Virus record (IMG/VR): IMGVR_UViG_3300007562_000007
Coordinates: 1 to 40,280 of that record
Reading direction: 5' to 3' (one strand)
Origin: a virus
Lineage: Duplodnaviria; Caudoviricetes
DNA length: 40,280 nucleotides
Shown here: positions 27,710 through 37,386 of the stretch, piece by piece
Position numbering within the stretch: position 1 is the first letter of the stretch
How the letters are laid out: every line of letters begins with the position of its first letter
Notes under the pieces: model-generated
What the model was told of the DNA's origin: nothing
The model's database searches: none
The model's input: the letters and a program-made list of their open reading frames with translations, nothing else
Position numbers and translations under genes: made by a program

Positions 27710-28179
27710 TAGTTAGCTCTCCACCATCCATTACCGGAATTTACCAATAAAGGGTTGATATATTGCTTAACCACATTCGGCAATAAGCTGGGCTTTCTTA
27801 CACGAGAGAGTTTAATTGAACCGACTTCCAAATCTATTACACTACCTGTATCATCAAGCAAACCCTCATTAGTCAATAAATGGTTTGCCAACTCGAATGT
27901 TGCTTTTTCAATCCTAGAAGGAACTCCAGATAAAGCAACTGAAGTTCCAAGTCTAGGATCGAAGTAAGAACCAACTCTAGGGAAAGCTAGTGCTTGTGTT
28001 TCACTTATGGCAACACCTACCCAACGCATGTTATCTAATAACATAGTGGCTGTAACTAGGGCATTTACCTTCATTGAATTATCAGCACTAGCCCAACCAC
28101 TAGCATCTAGCCTATTGTCAAAATAAGAATTACATTCAGCAACTGTAACATACGAATTTGTACCTTTACTGAGTGCCAT
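27709..28179 (-). CDS. head-tail adaptor
   Basis: NSYVTVAE...YF, ALVTAT, QALAFPR and VPSRIEKATFELA motifs; directly after the capsid gene. Confidence 0.85.
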   Translation of the reverse strand: MALSKGTNSYVTVAECNSYFDNRLDASGWASADNSMKVNALVTATMLLDNMRWVGVAISETQALAFPRVGSYFDPRLGTSVALSGVPSRIEKATFELANHLLTNEGLLDDTGSVIDLEVGSIKLSRVRKPSLLPNVVKQYINPLLVNSGNGWWRAN

Positions 28180-28191
28180 AAGTATTCCTTA

Positions 28192-29379
28192 TTAAGAGTG
28201 GAATACTGGTAGAATACCCAGAGACAAAGCAGAAGCAGATTTACGGATCCAAGAACCAGTAGTAGAAGCTAAACTTGCAGAAACAACAGTTGTCAATTCT
28301 TTTGGTGTACCGCCTTCTACTGCATAAGCATACTCAGCATCTGAAGGGAATTTATCAGCAGAACCAGCCCAGTTGTAACCGGCAGGAGCCAATACATAAC
28401 CCCAACGATACCAGATGTCGGTAGAACCACCGCCGTTATAGGTGTTGGCATTACGGAAGATTTCAACTGACTCAGGAACAGTCAAAGGTTGCATAGCAAT
28501 TGCGCCTGGTAATACAATAAAGCTGGTTTTAGTACCAACAATATCAACACCTGCGCCAGTGTTCAATTTTGTCAATTCAGCAGAACTTAAGCTTTGTGAA
28601 GCACGAGTTTGGATCAAACGGAATTTACCGTTGAAGATAGTTTCAAATTGAACGTTACCTTCGGTCAATACAACGTTGTTGATCAAGTTAGCTGAACGGA
28701 AAGATGACATTACCTCTGGAGAAGTAATCAAATATGCCCACTCTGGCTCACGATCTTTAAATGCTTTACCGAAAGCTTGTAAGAAACCTTCAGCACGAGC
28801 TGAACCTTGAACAGCAGCGGTTGCAGCGATTACAGGGGCATTTGCACCTAAATCAACATAGAAACCATAAGCTTTATCTGAAGGGTCATTTGAGAATGTT
28901 TGACCACCTAGACCAGTGCTACCAGAAGCAGCGGCGCAACCATTCAATGCTTCAGAAATGGCAACACCTTTTAAGATAGCCATCAAAGCATTGTGTTCGT
29001 CTTGCGCACGAGTTTCAGCAAAATCACGGCTAATTTTGGCCAAACCGTCTTGTTGGGTAACGATTTGTTGCATGTTAACTTTAGACGCACCATGAGTACG
29101 TACTGATTTAACATATGTTAAGTAATCGCTTGAATAACTGGTTTTAGAACCATCGGTTGCAGTTGTTAAAGAAGCAACGTTAATTACTGGGTTAAGAGGT
29201 TTGAACCATCTTACTTGACCTACGAATGTTTCGGTGTTTGGATCAATGTTTGGGTTTGAGCTTACAATGCCTGTGCCAACCAATTTTCTTGCGGTAGTGT
29301 AGGCTTCATCTGAGTATGCAGAAATGGTTTCTTGCAATACAAAGTTAGATGCGCCTGATACGTTAGTGCGAACTGTCAT
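28192..29379 (-). CDS. major capsid protein
   Basis: 395 aa; position between scaffold and adaptor; FRNANTYNGGGSTDIWYRWGYVLAPAGYNW C-terminal capsid-like motif. Confidence 0.85.
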   Translation of the reverse strand: MTVRTNVSGASNFVLQETISAYSDEAYTTARKLVGTGIVSSNPNIDPNTETFVGQVRWFKPLNPVINVASLTTATDGSKTSYSSDYLTYVKSVRTHGASKVNMQQIVTQQDGLAKISRDFAETRAQDEHNALMAILKGVAISEALNGCAAASGSTGLGGQTFSNDPSDKAYGFYVDLGANAPVIAATAAVQGSARAEGFLQAFGKAFKDREPEWAYLITSPEVMSSFRSANLINNVVLTEGNVQFETIFNGKFRLIQTRASQSLSSAELTKLNTGAGVDIVGTKTSFIVLPGAIAMQPLTVPESVEIFRNANTYNGGGSTDIWYRWGYVLAPAGYNWAGSADKFPSDAEYAYAVEGGTPKELTTVVSASLASTTGSWIRKSASALSLGILPVFHS

Positions 29380-29418
29380 TTAAATAGTCCTTGAAATTTA
29401 ATAAATAAAACAAGAGAA

Positions 29419-30075
29419 TTAAGATTTTCTTAATTTACCTTCTTGAGCTAATTTTAACACTTCTTCCTGAGACATTTCGAATAATGACTTAGGTGTTGAA
29501 GAAGTACTTGTTGAACTTTCAGAACTACCTGAACCACTAGATGTTTTTGCTTTGAACAAAAAGGAATTATCGTCGTTTTCAGAGAAAACTTTCACGAAAT
29601 CAGAAATTGAGATTCCAGATTTATGAACCCACAAACCCTTATCATCTTGTACAAGTTGGTCAACAACTTCTTTACGAGCCATTTCAATAGCTTTGTCGCT
29701 TCGAAATGTATACTTTGATAGCTCGGTACGTACTTCCAGATCTCTGGTAAGTTCGATGTTCCGTTTCTCCAATGCTTCTCTTTTAGCTTTTTCTTCTGCC
29801 AATTGCAGTTCATAAGCTTCTTTGTGTTTACCTTCGTCTTGTAACCGTTTTAATTCAGCTTCTTTTTCTTTTTGTTCGTATTCAGCAAGCTTTTTAAGAG
29901 TTTCGTCTCTAGTGCCATAGGCTTTATCTAGTTTAGATTTAATGTCTTTCAAACTTTCTTCTAGTCGTTCTTTAACAATTTTTTCTACGATTTCACTATC
30001 AACGGTAGCACTGCTTGTTGTGTTTTTTGATTCATCGTCAGAAATATTGTTTTGTTCATCAGTATTTGTTGTCAT
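29419..30075 (-). CDS. capsid scaffolding protein
   Basis: acidic N-terminus, E/K coiled coil, FLFK then S/G/T linker and short C-terminal helix; upstream of capsid. Confidence 0.85.
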   Translation of the reverse strand: MTTNTDEQNNISDDESKNTTSSATVDSEIVEKIVKERLEESLKDIKSKLDKAYGTRDETLKKLAEYEQKEKEAELKRLQDEGKHKEAYELQLAEEKAKREALEKRNIELTRDLEVRTELSKYTFRSDKAIEMARKEVVDQLVQDDKGLWVHKSGISISDFVKVFSENDDNSFLFKAKTSSGSGSSESSTSTSSTPKSLFEMSQEEVLKLAQEGKLRKS

Positions 30076-30086
30076 TTTTATTACCT

Positions 30087-30179
30087 TGAGTACAACTCAT
30101 TATTTTGTAATTTAAAGATACAATCTTTATATTGGAATTAATTAGTATAATGTTGTAATCTCTTACACTACTATTATAC
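30087..30179 (-). promoter_or_regulatory. structured 5' leader of the scaffold gene (three hairpins)
   Basis: TGAG-TACAA-CTCA (30087-30099), TAAAGA-TACAA-TCTTTA (30113-30129) and GTATAAT...ATTATAC (30145-30179). Confidence 0.55.
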
Positions 30180-30198
30180 GGGTTAATTTAACGGGCTT
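30180..30198 (-). repeat. 19-bp intergenic repeat copy 2 (candidate phage RNAP promoter/regulatory site)
   Basis: GGGTTAATTTAACGGGCTT, identical to 2271-2289; begins 2 nt after the RNAP stop codon. Confidence 0.8.
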
Positions 30199-30200
30199 TG

Positions 30201-33200
30201 TTAACCAACTCCGTACCATCCATAATCATTTTTAAACCCTTTAGGAATTTCTTTTAAAATATCGTCTTTATTTAATATATCAGATTCTTTTAAAACTTTT
30301 CCACCAACAACAGATTTACCCGCAATAGGAACTAATCCTATTTGAATAGCTTCTTCCAAATATTGATCATAAAGCTCTTGCGGTAGCCCTCTGTCACGCA
30401 TTTCGTTTAAGGTAGAAATGATTATATTTCTGTCCAACATTTTAGCATAAATTTTACGTAATGCATTTCTTGCGTTTAGCATATCAGCGGCATTTGTAAA
30501 AAATGCGTCATGAATTGTTGAAGTCGGTATATTATTATCTTTTCCCCACAAATGAAAGTTTTTGACAATTACTGCGTCGTTGGAATGGTTTCCATTAACG
30601 GCAAAAGCAGTTCTTGCTCGTGTTGCATCTGCAATATCATTAATTTTACCATCTTTGTTCAGTAACTCTTCCCACCAAGTTAATTCAGTCTTTTGAGGTA
30701 CTTGTAAAATATTACTGGTCCATTCACCATCTTTATTTTTATAGAATAACCTTTCCTCAAATTGTTGAGTGAAGTTTTGTTCTATTACTTTTCCATCAAA
30801 ATTAACCCAAGGAACATTTGTCCAAGCTTTAGGCAATTTGTTTGCATTCAATAACTCCACTTCCAAAACTTTTTGCTCAGTAAGCAATTCACCTTTAACG
30901 AGAGCCCCAGGGGTTGGTAATGATGGTCTTATAAAAGATAATTTAAAAAACTTACCGCCAATCCTTCTAGCTTCTGGAGATTTTACTCCATAAAGGATGT
31001 CATGCAAATTACTGTCAGGTTTATAAAAACTAAGTCGCTTTATCAGCTTTTCACTTAGTGGTTCGCCAGCCTTTACACCAACAATTCTGCTGATTAAATC
31101 TGGCAATACAAAACCTTTCTTTTCTACACCAACCAATCTCGCTTTAGTTACTGTTTTCCAATCAAATGAAGATTCAGATGGTTTAGCATTCTTAAGATAG
31201 TCTTCGGCCAATCTTCCAAAGAATCTTGTGAAGTCTTTTAAAATTGGAACTTGCTCTCTTAGATGCTCACTCATTATTTTTGCAACATCTTTAAAATCGT
31301 TTGGAGTTACAACTCTATCATAATTTAAAGAAAGCTTCTCAACAAGATCTTTTGTTTTTGGATCTAAGAAATATAGTTGCTCTAATATCTCATCACCAGG
31401 ATCAATACCTTTATTGAAGATATCTTTTACATTTTCTCTAAGTACTCTAAGCTCATCTGCAGTCACAGGGTCAAATCTTTCATATCTAGCTATTCTTGCA
31501 GATATTTCGTTAAGTACAGTCTCTCTGTCTGAAGCTTTAACAACTAATGTGGCTTTGTCTTTACCCAATACCTTAGATAGCTTACCTTCTACATTTAAGA
31601 TGCCTGTTCTTTCGCCAGCACCATAGAATGTTACCATATTTTGAGCTTTGGCAGCTTTTCTAAGATCTTTCTCAGTTAATCCAAGTTTTTCATTGATCAC
31701 TTTAAAACGAGGGTCATTGAAAGTAGCTGCTGCAATTTCGTCATATAATCTACGTTTTTGAGTTGTTGGAACCACATTCGATAATTCAGCTAACTGCTTA
31801 TTGCGTGTTGTGAGTGCAATAATTTGAGCTCCTGATGACGAAGCATCTTGTTCCAATGCAAGTGATATTTTATAATCTCTCAATTTTTCTAAAGAAGACT
31901 TACTGTAATTGCCACCTAGGTAATTATCTATTTTTGCAGTTTCAATTGCAAATCTAAAGAATTTTCCTAACTCTTCGCCATCAACTAAAGACACTGTATT
32001 TGATTCAAGTATTGCTCTGATATCATTAGGCTTCTTACTCAACATAAGATTTCCAATACGAACTAACTCAGGTCTCCACTTATCTGCAACTTTTTGTCTG
32101 CCTGTAATTGATAATGAGTTAAATCTACCTTCAAATGTGTCATTTAAACCACCTAAAAATGCTCCTATTTGATCTTGAAAATCTTCAAATTCTTCAGGGC
32201 TAAAATTCTTTGATTCAGCTGTGTTAAGAAAAGGTCTGAAAGTTTCTCCAGACTGAGGACCAATAAGCCCCCTATCATAGACACGAGCCCTATGGTCAAT
32301 AAAAGGATGATTACTAAAAGATTTCCCACTGCTGCGAAGCCATTGCATAGCTTTGAAACGCTCATAAGAGTCTCCTCTGGACGCTATGTATTTTCTATAT
32401 TCATTTCTTTCATCATAAAATTGAGCCTTACCTCTATCATCCTTAAAGTATAATAGTTTATCAACAAAGTCATAAAAGTCTTCATCAACTTTATATTTCG
32501 TCTTAGATGCCCATGTTAAAGCATCTATCATTTTATTATCTAGAAATTCTTCAGGGAATTCACTAAAACTTGAAGTAGATGTAATTGGTATTCGTGTATC
32601 TTCTAAACCCAATATTCCTCTATCTATCCAATAAGTTTTATAGCCTTCTCTAAACAATAATCTATTGCTGTCTTGTGTCACGCTAACACGAAGTCCAAGT
32701 TCAACCTTGCGGTTTAATCTGGCATACTCTTGGATGCGCGGATCTGTAACTCTTATATTGTAAGCAAGTGTATCGTAATAGGGGCCGAAGTAAGCGCCAC
32801 TCAAACGACTTTTCATCCTACGCTTTTGAACACCAAAAGTTTCTACTTGGAAGAATTTATCAACCTTCTTACTTTCAAGTATTTTCATCCCCAATTCGAA
32901 CCATTGCTTACGCCATCCATTTAAATTGGCCATATTATAAAGGTCTCTTCCAAGCATAACAGCAAATTGATCTCTATCTGGACTATCCGCCATACTTAAT
33001 CTGTGTGCAAATCTCAAATAAAATTGATTTAGATCATCTTCAGACAATCTACTTCTAATTTTAAGTGGAATCTGTGGATCCAAGAAAGATCTCAATTCTT
33101 TAGCAATAGTTGGAGCAGTTTTATCTTCCCACTTATTTCTCGCCATAATATTACTTATGAAGTTATCATGTAAATCATTTAATTGAGTAACTCCAAGAAC

Positions 33201-34877
33201 TGGATCAATATAGTTGTCTTGTAGTAAACGTTTCATCAAATCAGTATCTTTACGCAATTGGGTTTCTATTGAATCAGACACATTCATAACATCAAATTTA
33301 ATTTGAGATTGAACAACAGCTTTAAAATTTGCCCAAATTTCTTTGTTACTGCGATATCTGCCAAAAATAATTCTCAAATTGTCGGTAACTACAGCTCTTT
33401 CATTTACACTCATAGTATCCGAAAGATCTTCCACAAATTTACGGATAAAAACTTTATCCCTATCCAGAAGAACCTTACTTTCGTCCACCAATTTCAAGTT
33501 ATTCGCCAATACAGTAGGACTTGGTTGATATAACCTTACATCTTCGTATCTGCCTGTTGACGGATTAAATTTTAATTGTTCTTCCTTTGGAGGTGAATTT
33601 AATACTCTATTTCTAGTAGCTTTCTTATTGTGTAATAGAGTGCCTCTATAATTAGTGTATGATAATGTGCCTTCCAATTCTTTTGTTTGAAGTATGTAAT
33701 AATCCAACAAAGTTTTTCTCAATTTCGGGCTATCAATCAGATCATCTGGATTTGAAGCGCCAAGTTGCATAGCATCTAATTTCTTTTTGGCATTTGCAAA
33801 CTTAATTGTATCGCCTGACACTTCATAAGTAGAGTCTGTGGCGGCTCTCAATTCTCGAATGCCAAGCTCTTTTCCTGCATCATTCGTAAATTTATCAATT
33901 GATACCTTACCAGTGTTCAATAAATCAACTTTCTGATAATCACCTAAATGAGTATACTGTATTTCTCTAGGTTGTCTCAATAGCCAATCATTGTAACTTT
34001 CTTTTAATGGGGTTTGTCCATCATAAAAAGCTATTTGCTCTTTTGAAAGTTTTTCAATATTTCTGCGTCTGACTTGAGCTACACCTTCGAGTTTGGCTAT
34101 GTCTTCCCAAGATTTAAACACAGGAATTGTTGTAGAACGGCAATTGTAGTGAGCAGGAGGCAGATGGATTTTATCCCCAATAGGGTAGATATGCCCATCA
34201 CGATGCGCACACAGAGGTGTCGTCCTCGTGTCCAGAACTGCCACATATTGCCATCCTGTTATGGCCTTTTTATTGGCTTCGTAGATTTCATGGTCAGCTT
34301 GAGCATGTACACTTGTAATTGCAGTGACAACCAAAGCTTTTGATTGCATCATGGTAATATTATGAATATTACCTTTTCTGACTGCTAAGGCGATTTCATC
34401 TACAGTGTTACCCTCCGCTATACCTTTTCGTATTAGTGCTTCAAGTCGTTTCTTTTCACTGAAACTAACGCCTGACCAGCCAGCTGCTAAATTCTTATTT
34501 TCAATCAAAGGTCTTTCCAAAACAATCTCTTCAGCAACACGTCTTTGAGGTCTTTCTGTTTTCCAAATAGAACCCATTGCTGTTTCTACGTTTTGATATG
34601 CAAAAGAAAGTTGATCCACTGCAAGATCAAGTAAAGATCTTTTACTTATATTGAAAGTTTCTTTATAAGTTCTTAAAAGTTCTTTATCAATTGCTTCTTG
34701 CAGTGCTTCAAAACCTTTTGGAGATAGCTTAGCTTCTTTTATTAACTTGTCAAGTCTTATGGTATGGCCATTAATCACTAATTCCACCTTACCATTAACA
34801 CGTTTTTCATACAGCCGAATCATGGCTGCTCTATTTACTGTTTTATCGTATATTTGTGTATTAGCATTAGTAGCCAT
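30201..34877 (-). CDS. MuF/SPP1 gp7-like head morphogenesis domain fused to a T7-type single-subunit DNA-dependent RNA polymerase
   Basis: MuF: WQYVAVLDTRTTPLCAHRDG...PPAHYNCRSTTIP. RNAP: DHRARVY...PQ, motif A DASSSGAQ (D1011), motif B RKAAKAQNMVTFYG (R1073/K1077/Y1085), NGNHSNDA, motif C IHDAF (D1457). Confidence 0.93.
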   Translation of the reverse strand: MATNANTQIYDKTVNRAAMIRLYEKRVNGKVELVINGHTIRLDKLIKEAKLSPKGFEALQEAIDKELLRTYKETFNISKRSLLDLAVDQLSFAYQNVETAMGSIWKTERPQRRVAEEIVLERPLIENKNLAAGWSGVSFSEKKRLEALIRKGIAEGNTVDEIALAVRKGNIHNITMMQSKALVVTAITSVHAQADHEIYEANKKAITGWQYVAVLDTRTTPLCAHRDGHIYPIGDKIHLPPAHYNCRSTTIPVFKSWEDIAKLEGVAQVRRRNIEKLSKEQIAFYDGQTPLKESYNDWLLRQPREIQYTHLGDYQKVDLLNTGKVSIDKFTNDAGKELGIRELRAATDSTYEVSGDTIKFANAKKKLDAMQLGASNPDDLIDSPKLRKTLLDYYILQTKELEGTLSYTNYRGTLLHNKKATRNRVLNSPPKEEQLKFNPSTGRYEDVRLYQPSPTVLANNLKLVDESKVLLDRDKVFIRKFVEDLSDTMSVNERAVVTDNLRIIFGRYRSNKEIWANFKAVVQSQIKFDVMNVSDSIETQLRKDTDLMKRLLQDNYIDPVLGVTQLNDLHDNFISNIMARNKWEDKTAPTIAKELRSFLDPQIPLKIRSRLSEDDLNQFYLRFAHRLSMADSPDRDQFAVMLGRDLYNMANLNGWRKQWFELGMKILESKKVDKFFQVETFGVQKRRMKSRLSGAYFGPYYDTLAYNIRVTDPRIQEYARLNRKVELGLRVSVTQDSNRLLFREGYKTYWIDRGILGLEDTRIPITSTSSFSEFPEEFLDNKMIDALTWASKTKYKVDEDFYDFVDKLLYFKDDRGKAQFYDERNEYRKYIASRGDSYERFKAMQWLRSSGKSFSNHPFIDHRARVYDRGLIGPQSGETFRPFLNTAESKNFSPEEFEDFQDQIGAFLGGLNDTFEGRFNSLSITGRQKVADKWRPELVRIGNLMLSKKPNDIRAILESNTVSLVDGEELGKFFRFAIETAKIDNYLGGNYSKSSLEKLRDYKISLALEQDASSSGAQIIALTTRNKQLAELSNVVPTTQKRRLYDEIAAATFNDPRFKVINEKLGLTEKDLRKAAKAQNMVTFYGAGERTGILNVEGKLSKVLGKDKATLVVKASDRETVLNEISARIARYERFDPVTADELRVLRENVKDIFNKGIDPGDEILEQLYFLDPKTKDLVEKLSLNYDRVVTPNDFKDVAKIMSEHLREQVPILKDFTRFFGRLAEDYLKNAKPSESSFDWKTVTKARLVGVEKKGFVLPDLISRIVGVKAGEPLSEKLIKRLSFYKPDSNLHDILYGVKSPEARRIGGKFFKLSFIRPSLPTPGALVKGELLTEQKVLEVELLNANKLPKAWTNVPWVNFDGKVIEQNFTQQFEERLFYKNKDGEWTSNILQVPQKTELTWWEELLNKDGKINDIADATRARTAFAVNGNHSNDAVIVKNFHLWGKDNNIPTSTIHDAFFTNAADMLNARNALRKIYAKMLDRNIIISTLNEMRDRGLPQELYDQYLEEAIQIGLVPIAGKSVVGGKVLKESDILNKDDILKEIPKGFKNDYGWYGVG

Positions 34878-34881
34878 AGTA

Positions 34882-34959
34882 TCACTTTTTCTGTTTTGGT
34901 TTAGTTTCTTTTTTGGGATAAGAATACAAGTTTATTGGCGGAAACCAAATACGTATCAT
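34882..34959 (-). CDS. 25-aa micro-ORF (not in ORF track)
   Basis: ATGA-coupled to the upstream gene; [25 protein letters not shown]; ends 4 nt before the RNAP ATG. Confidence 0.4.
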   Translation of the reverse strand: MIRIWFPPINLYSYPKKETKPKQKK

Positions 34960-35099
34960 TTCTTTTTCCTTTTCTTTTTAGCTCTTTCAGCTTCACTCAA
35001 AGCAATGGCGATGGCTTGCTTCTGAGGCTTACCTTCTTTCATACCCATACTTATATTTTCTGAGATTGTCTTTTTAGAGAATCCTTTTTTAAGCGGCAT
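34956..35099 (-). CDS. 47-aa basic phage protein (not in ORF track)
   Basis: AGGAG SD; [47 protein letters not shown], a pattern recurrent in phage head modules. Confidence 0.8.
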   Translation of the reverse strand: MPLKKGFSKKTISENISMGMKEGKPQKQAIAIALSEAERAKKKRKKK

Positions 35100-36660
35100 T
35101 TTCTGCTCCTATTTGATTGGCTGATTGTTCATTCGCTTTTGGCATTAACATTTCATCATCATTGATTTCTTGCTTAGCCTCTTCATCATTATAATCAGGA
35201 GGAATTAAATCATTGTGTTTGAGTAATATCAACCAAATTGATCTTGGAATTAAACCTTGTTGATACCATTCAGTTGCCAATCTCAACCAATCTGCGCCAA
35301 TAGGAACAGGGTTGAAATCTGTAGACAATGAAAATTCAATATCCTTAGTTGTCAATTGTAAATCATAGCGCCAATTGATCATAAAGATAATTACTTGCGC
35401 CATAGTATTACTTACTTTATTATTTAAAGTACCCAATTGAGCTGTTTGAGCTGCATTGCGTATTTCCAAAGCCACCCCTGATTGTTCAGTCTCAGGGCTT
35501 AACATTCTTATGCCCAACTTAGCCATTTCTTCTATACTTTGGACAATTGCCCGATCCATATCTTGAAGAGCTGCTGTTGGAGTTTCCAAAACTTTGGCAT
35601 CATCACCTTGTCTCAAACGTATCCAACTGCCCAAACCACTGTTTACGATATTGTCAAACTCTTCATCAACCATATCAGAAATAATGATCGGTGTGTAGGT
35701 TGCTGCACCATACAATAAATGGTTTCTGCGACTTACTTTATTATACAGATTGATCTCTTTATCAATGATTGGAGACAACATAGGTTCAACCAAATCAATT
35801 GAGCCATTTAAAGGCCAAGCAGGAATAATCTTTAATGGCTCACCGTTTGCCAATATATTGCTGTAAGTTTCTTTTAAGTCAAATTGAACACGATTGGTTT
35901 TGATGTCTGCATTTTGGATTGCTCCACTTACCGTAGGAACATTCACTGTTGATGCATTCTTTTGGAACATTCTGATCTGATACTTACCGTCCACAAGTTC
36001 GTGTACCCAAACGGTATCCACGTATGTAGGATGAAACTCAGATTCATTATATTCTTCTTTGAAGCCTCTTACGATAACTCTATCCAAAATAGATTTACCA
36101 AAAGCATCAGAAGTTACTCTCCAATTGATAATCGATTCAGCTTTTTGCAATATAGGGTAAGGTTTAAAACTCTTCAATTCATCTTTTGAGTATTGGTCTG
36201 GATTGTTAATTTTAGGATAGTCAACAAATACCCATGCTCTAGAGGTTTGAACTTCTTCCCATAATGCAGAATCTAAAAATGCTGTTATCGGTGAGTCGTC
36301 TCTGCCAAACTCATTCATTATCCAGTCATAAGCTTCTTCAGGTATTGAGTCTGGCAATTCCAATAAAGGTCTTTTTCTCAATAAACCACCGACAATCATT
36401 TTTGCAAATTGTGCAGTGACTCCTGGTAACTCAGCTTCAGCTTTATAAAAACGATACTGATCCGGAGTCATTGAAGGTGAGAATGGGATTAACATATTGC
36501 TGAATGTAAATACATCCAACATATCATCATAGTCTTTTACATATTGTTCACCGCTGCATACGGCTCTACATCTTTCCCAAAGATCCTTTAAGGATTCATA
36601 AGCTGCATTTGGGTCTGCCACTGTTTTAACAGCAGCTTGTGCTGCATTTACAACTGCCAT
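35089..36660 (-). CDS. portal protein (DUF4055-type)
   Basis: 523 aa upstream of MuF; [17 protein letters not shown]...[15 protein letters not shown] motifs. Confidence 0.85.
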   Translation of the reverse strand: MAVVNAAQAAVKTVADPNAAYESLKDLWERCRAVCSGEQYVKDYDDMLDVFTFSNMLIPFSPSMTPDQYRFYKAEAELPGVTAQFAKMIVGGLLRKRPLLELPDSIPEEAYDWIMNEFGRDDSPITAFLDSALWEEVQTSRAWVFVDYPKINNPDQYSKDELKSFKPYPILQKAESIINWRVTSDAFGKSILDRVIVRGFKEEYNESEFHPTYVDTVWVHELVDGKYQIRMFQKNASTVNVPTVSGAIQNADIKTNRVQFDLKETYSNILANGEPLKIIPAWPLNGSIDLVEPMLSPIIDKEINLYNKVSRRNHLLYGAATYTPIIISDMVDEEFDNIVNSGLGSWIRLRQGDDAKVLETPTAALQDMDRAIVQSIEEMAKLGIRMLSPETEQSGVALEIRNAAQTAQLGTLNNKVSNTMAQVIIFMINWRYDLQLTTKDIEFSLSTDFNPVPIGADWLRLATEWYQQGLIPRSIWLILLKHNDLIPPDYNDEEAKQEINDDEMLMPKANEQSANQIGAENAA

Positions 36661-37118
36661 TAGTCCTCCATCATATCTTCTTTTAGCATGTTCTTGTATT
36701 GTGGCAATTCAAACTTTTCATCATCAATTGGACCACCCATCAATTGGAAATCGCAAGTTCTTATTGGAGAACATGTAATGTCTAATAATGTACAATATGC
36801 TGTTGGAAAACTTTCAATATCTGCCCATTTGGGTTTTAAAGGTAATGAAGACGCTTTAGCGTTTCGTGTTTCTGTATTCATTATGCAATCTTTGATAAAA
36901 GATGTATTTACATAATATCTACAGTTGGCACATAGCCGGCCTCTGGCGTCTCCTGGCATTACTCCGAATTTTCTTGATTTTTCCAACCAAAAGTCTTCGT
37001 TTGACTGAGTAGGGTCAGCTGGGCCTAAACCTTTATACTCTATTGCTTCTAAATGATTCTTGATGTTTATTTTAACATCTTTAATTGCAGCAGGACAACC
37101 ACTCAAGTCAATTGCCAT
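36660..37118 (-). CDS. Cys-rich protein, possible metal/Fe-S binding
   Basis: LGPADP...FW, CANCRYY...YCTLLDITCSPIRTCD. Confidence 0.7.
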   Translation of the reverse strand: MAIDLSGCPAAIKDVKINIKNHLEAIEYKGLGPADPTQSNEDFWLEKSRKFGVMPGDARGRLCANCRYYVNTSFIKDCIMNTETRNAKASSLPLKPKWADIESFPTAYCTLLDITCSPIRTCDFQLMGGPIDDEKFELPQYKNMLKEDMMED

Positions 37119-37119
37119 A

Positions 37120-37386
37120 TTAGCCTCTCAAGATTTCACTGAATCTTTTACGAGATCCAACAAACTTTTCGTTTTGTAAATTGACTGCTTCAATATTATC
37201 TGCATCCAATCTTTTGATATCCCAGTCTGAAGGCACAATATTGTAATATTCTTCAGCTTCAAAGAATTCAATGTTTGCAACTAAAGCTTCTTCAACAGGC
37301 GCCAAAGTCTCTTCAACAAATGGTAATTCCATTTCAGGTTCTAATACTGGAGTTTGATCCAAAGTAGGCGCTTCAATTTTAGCCAT
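37120..37386 (-). CDS. acidic hypothetical protein
   Basis: ATG 37386 overlapping the endolysin end; E/P-rich N-terminus. Confidence 0.65.
   Translation of the reverse strand: MAKIEAPTLDQTPVLEPEMELPFVEETLAPVEEALVANIEFFEAEEYYNIVPSDWDIKRLDADNIEAVNLQNEKFVGSRKRFSEILRG

Noticed and set aside
2271-30198. 19-bp repeat as prophage att core, CRISPR repeat or IS end
   Set aside because: It would split the structural operon from portal and RNAP; only two distant copies; no integrase, transposase or spacers seen
30173-30204. Sigma70 promoter (TATAAT directly after the 19-bp motif)
   Set aside because: Best -35 candidate (TTAACA) is 20 nt away, and the other copy of the motif lacks an adjacent TATAAT
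30201-33800. MuF C-terminal extension as a polymorphic toxin or DNA polymerase A
   Set aside because: DxRxRxY, DxSxSGxQ, HSxD and IHDxF match the RNAP branch; no toxin motif or immunity-like gene follows
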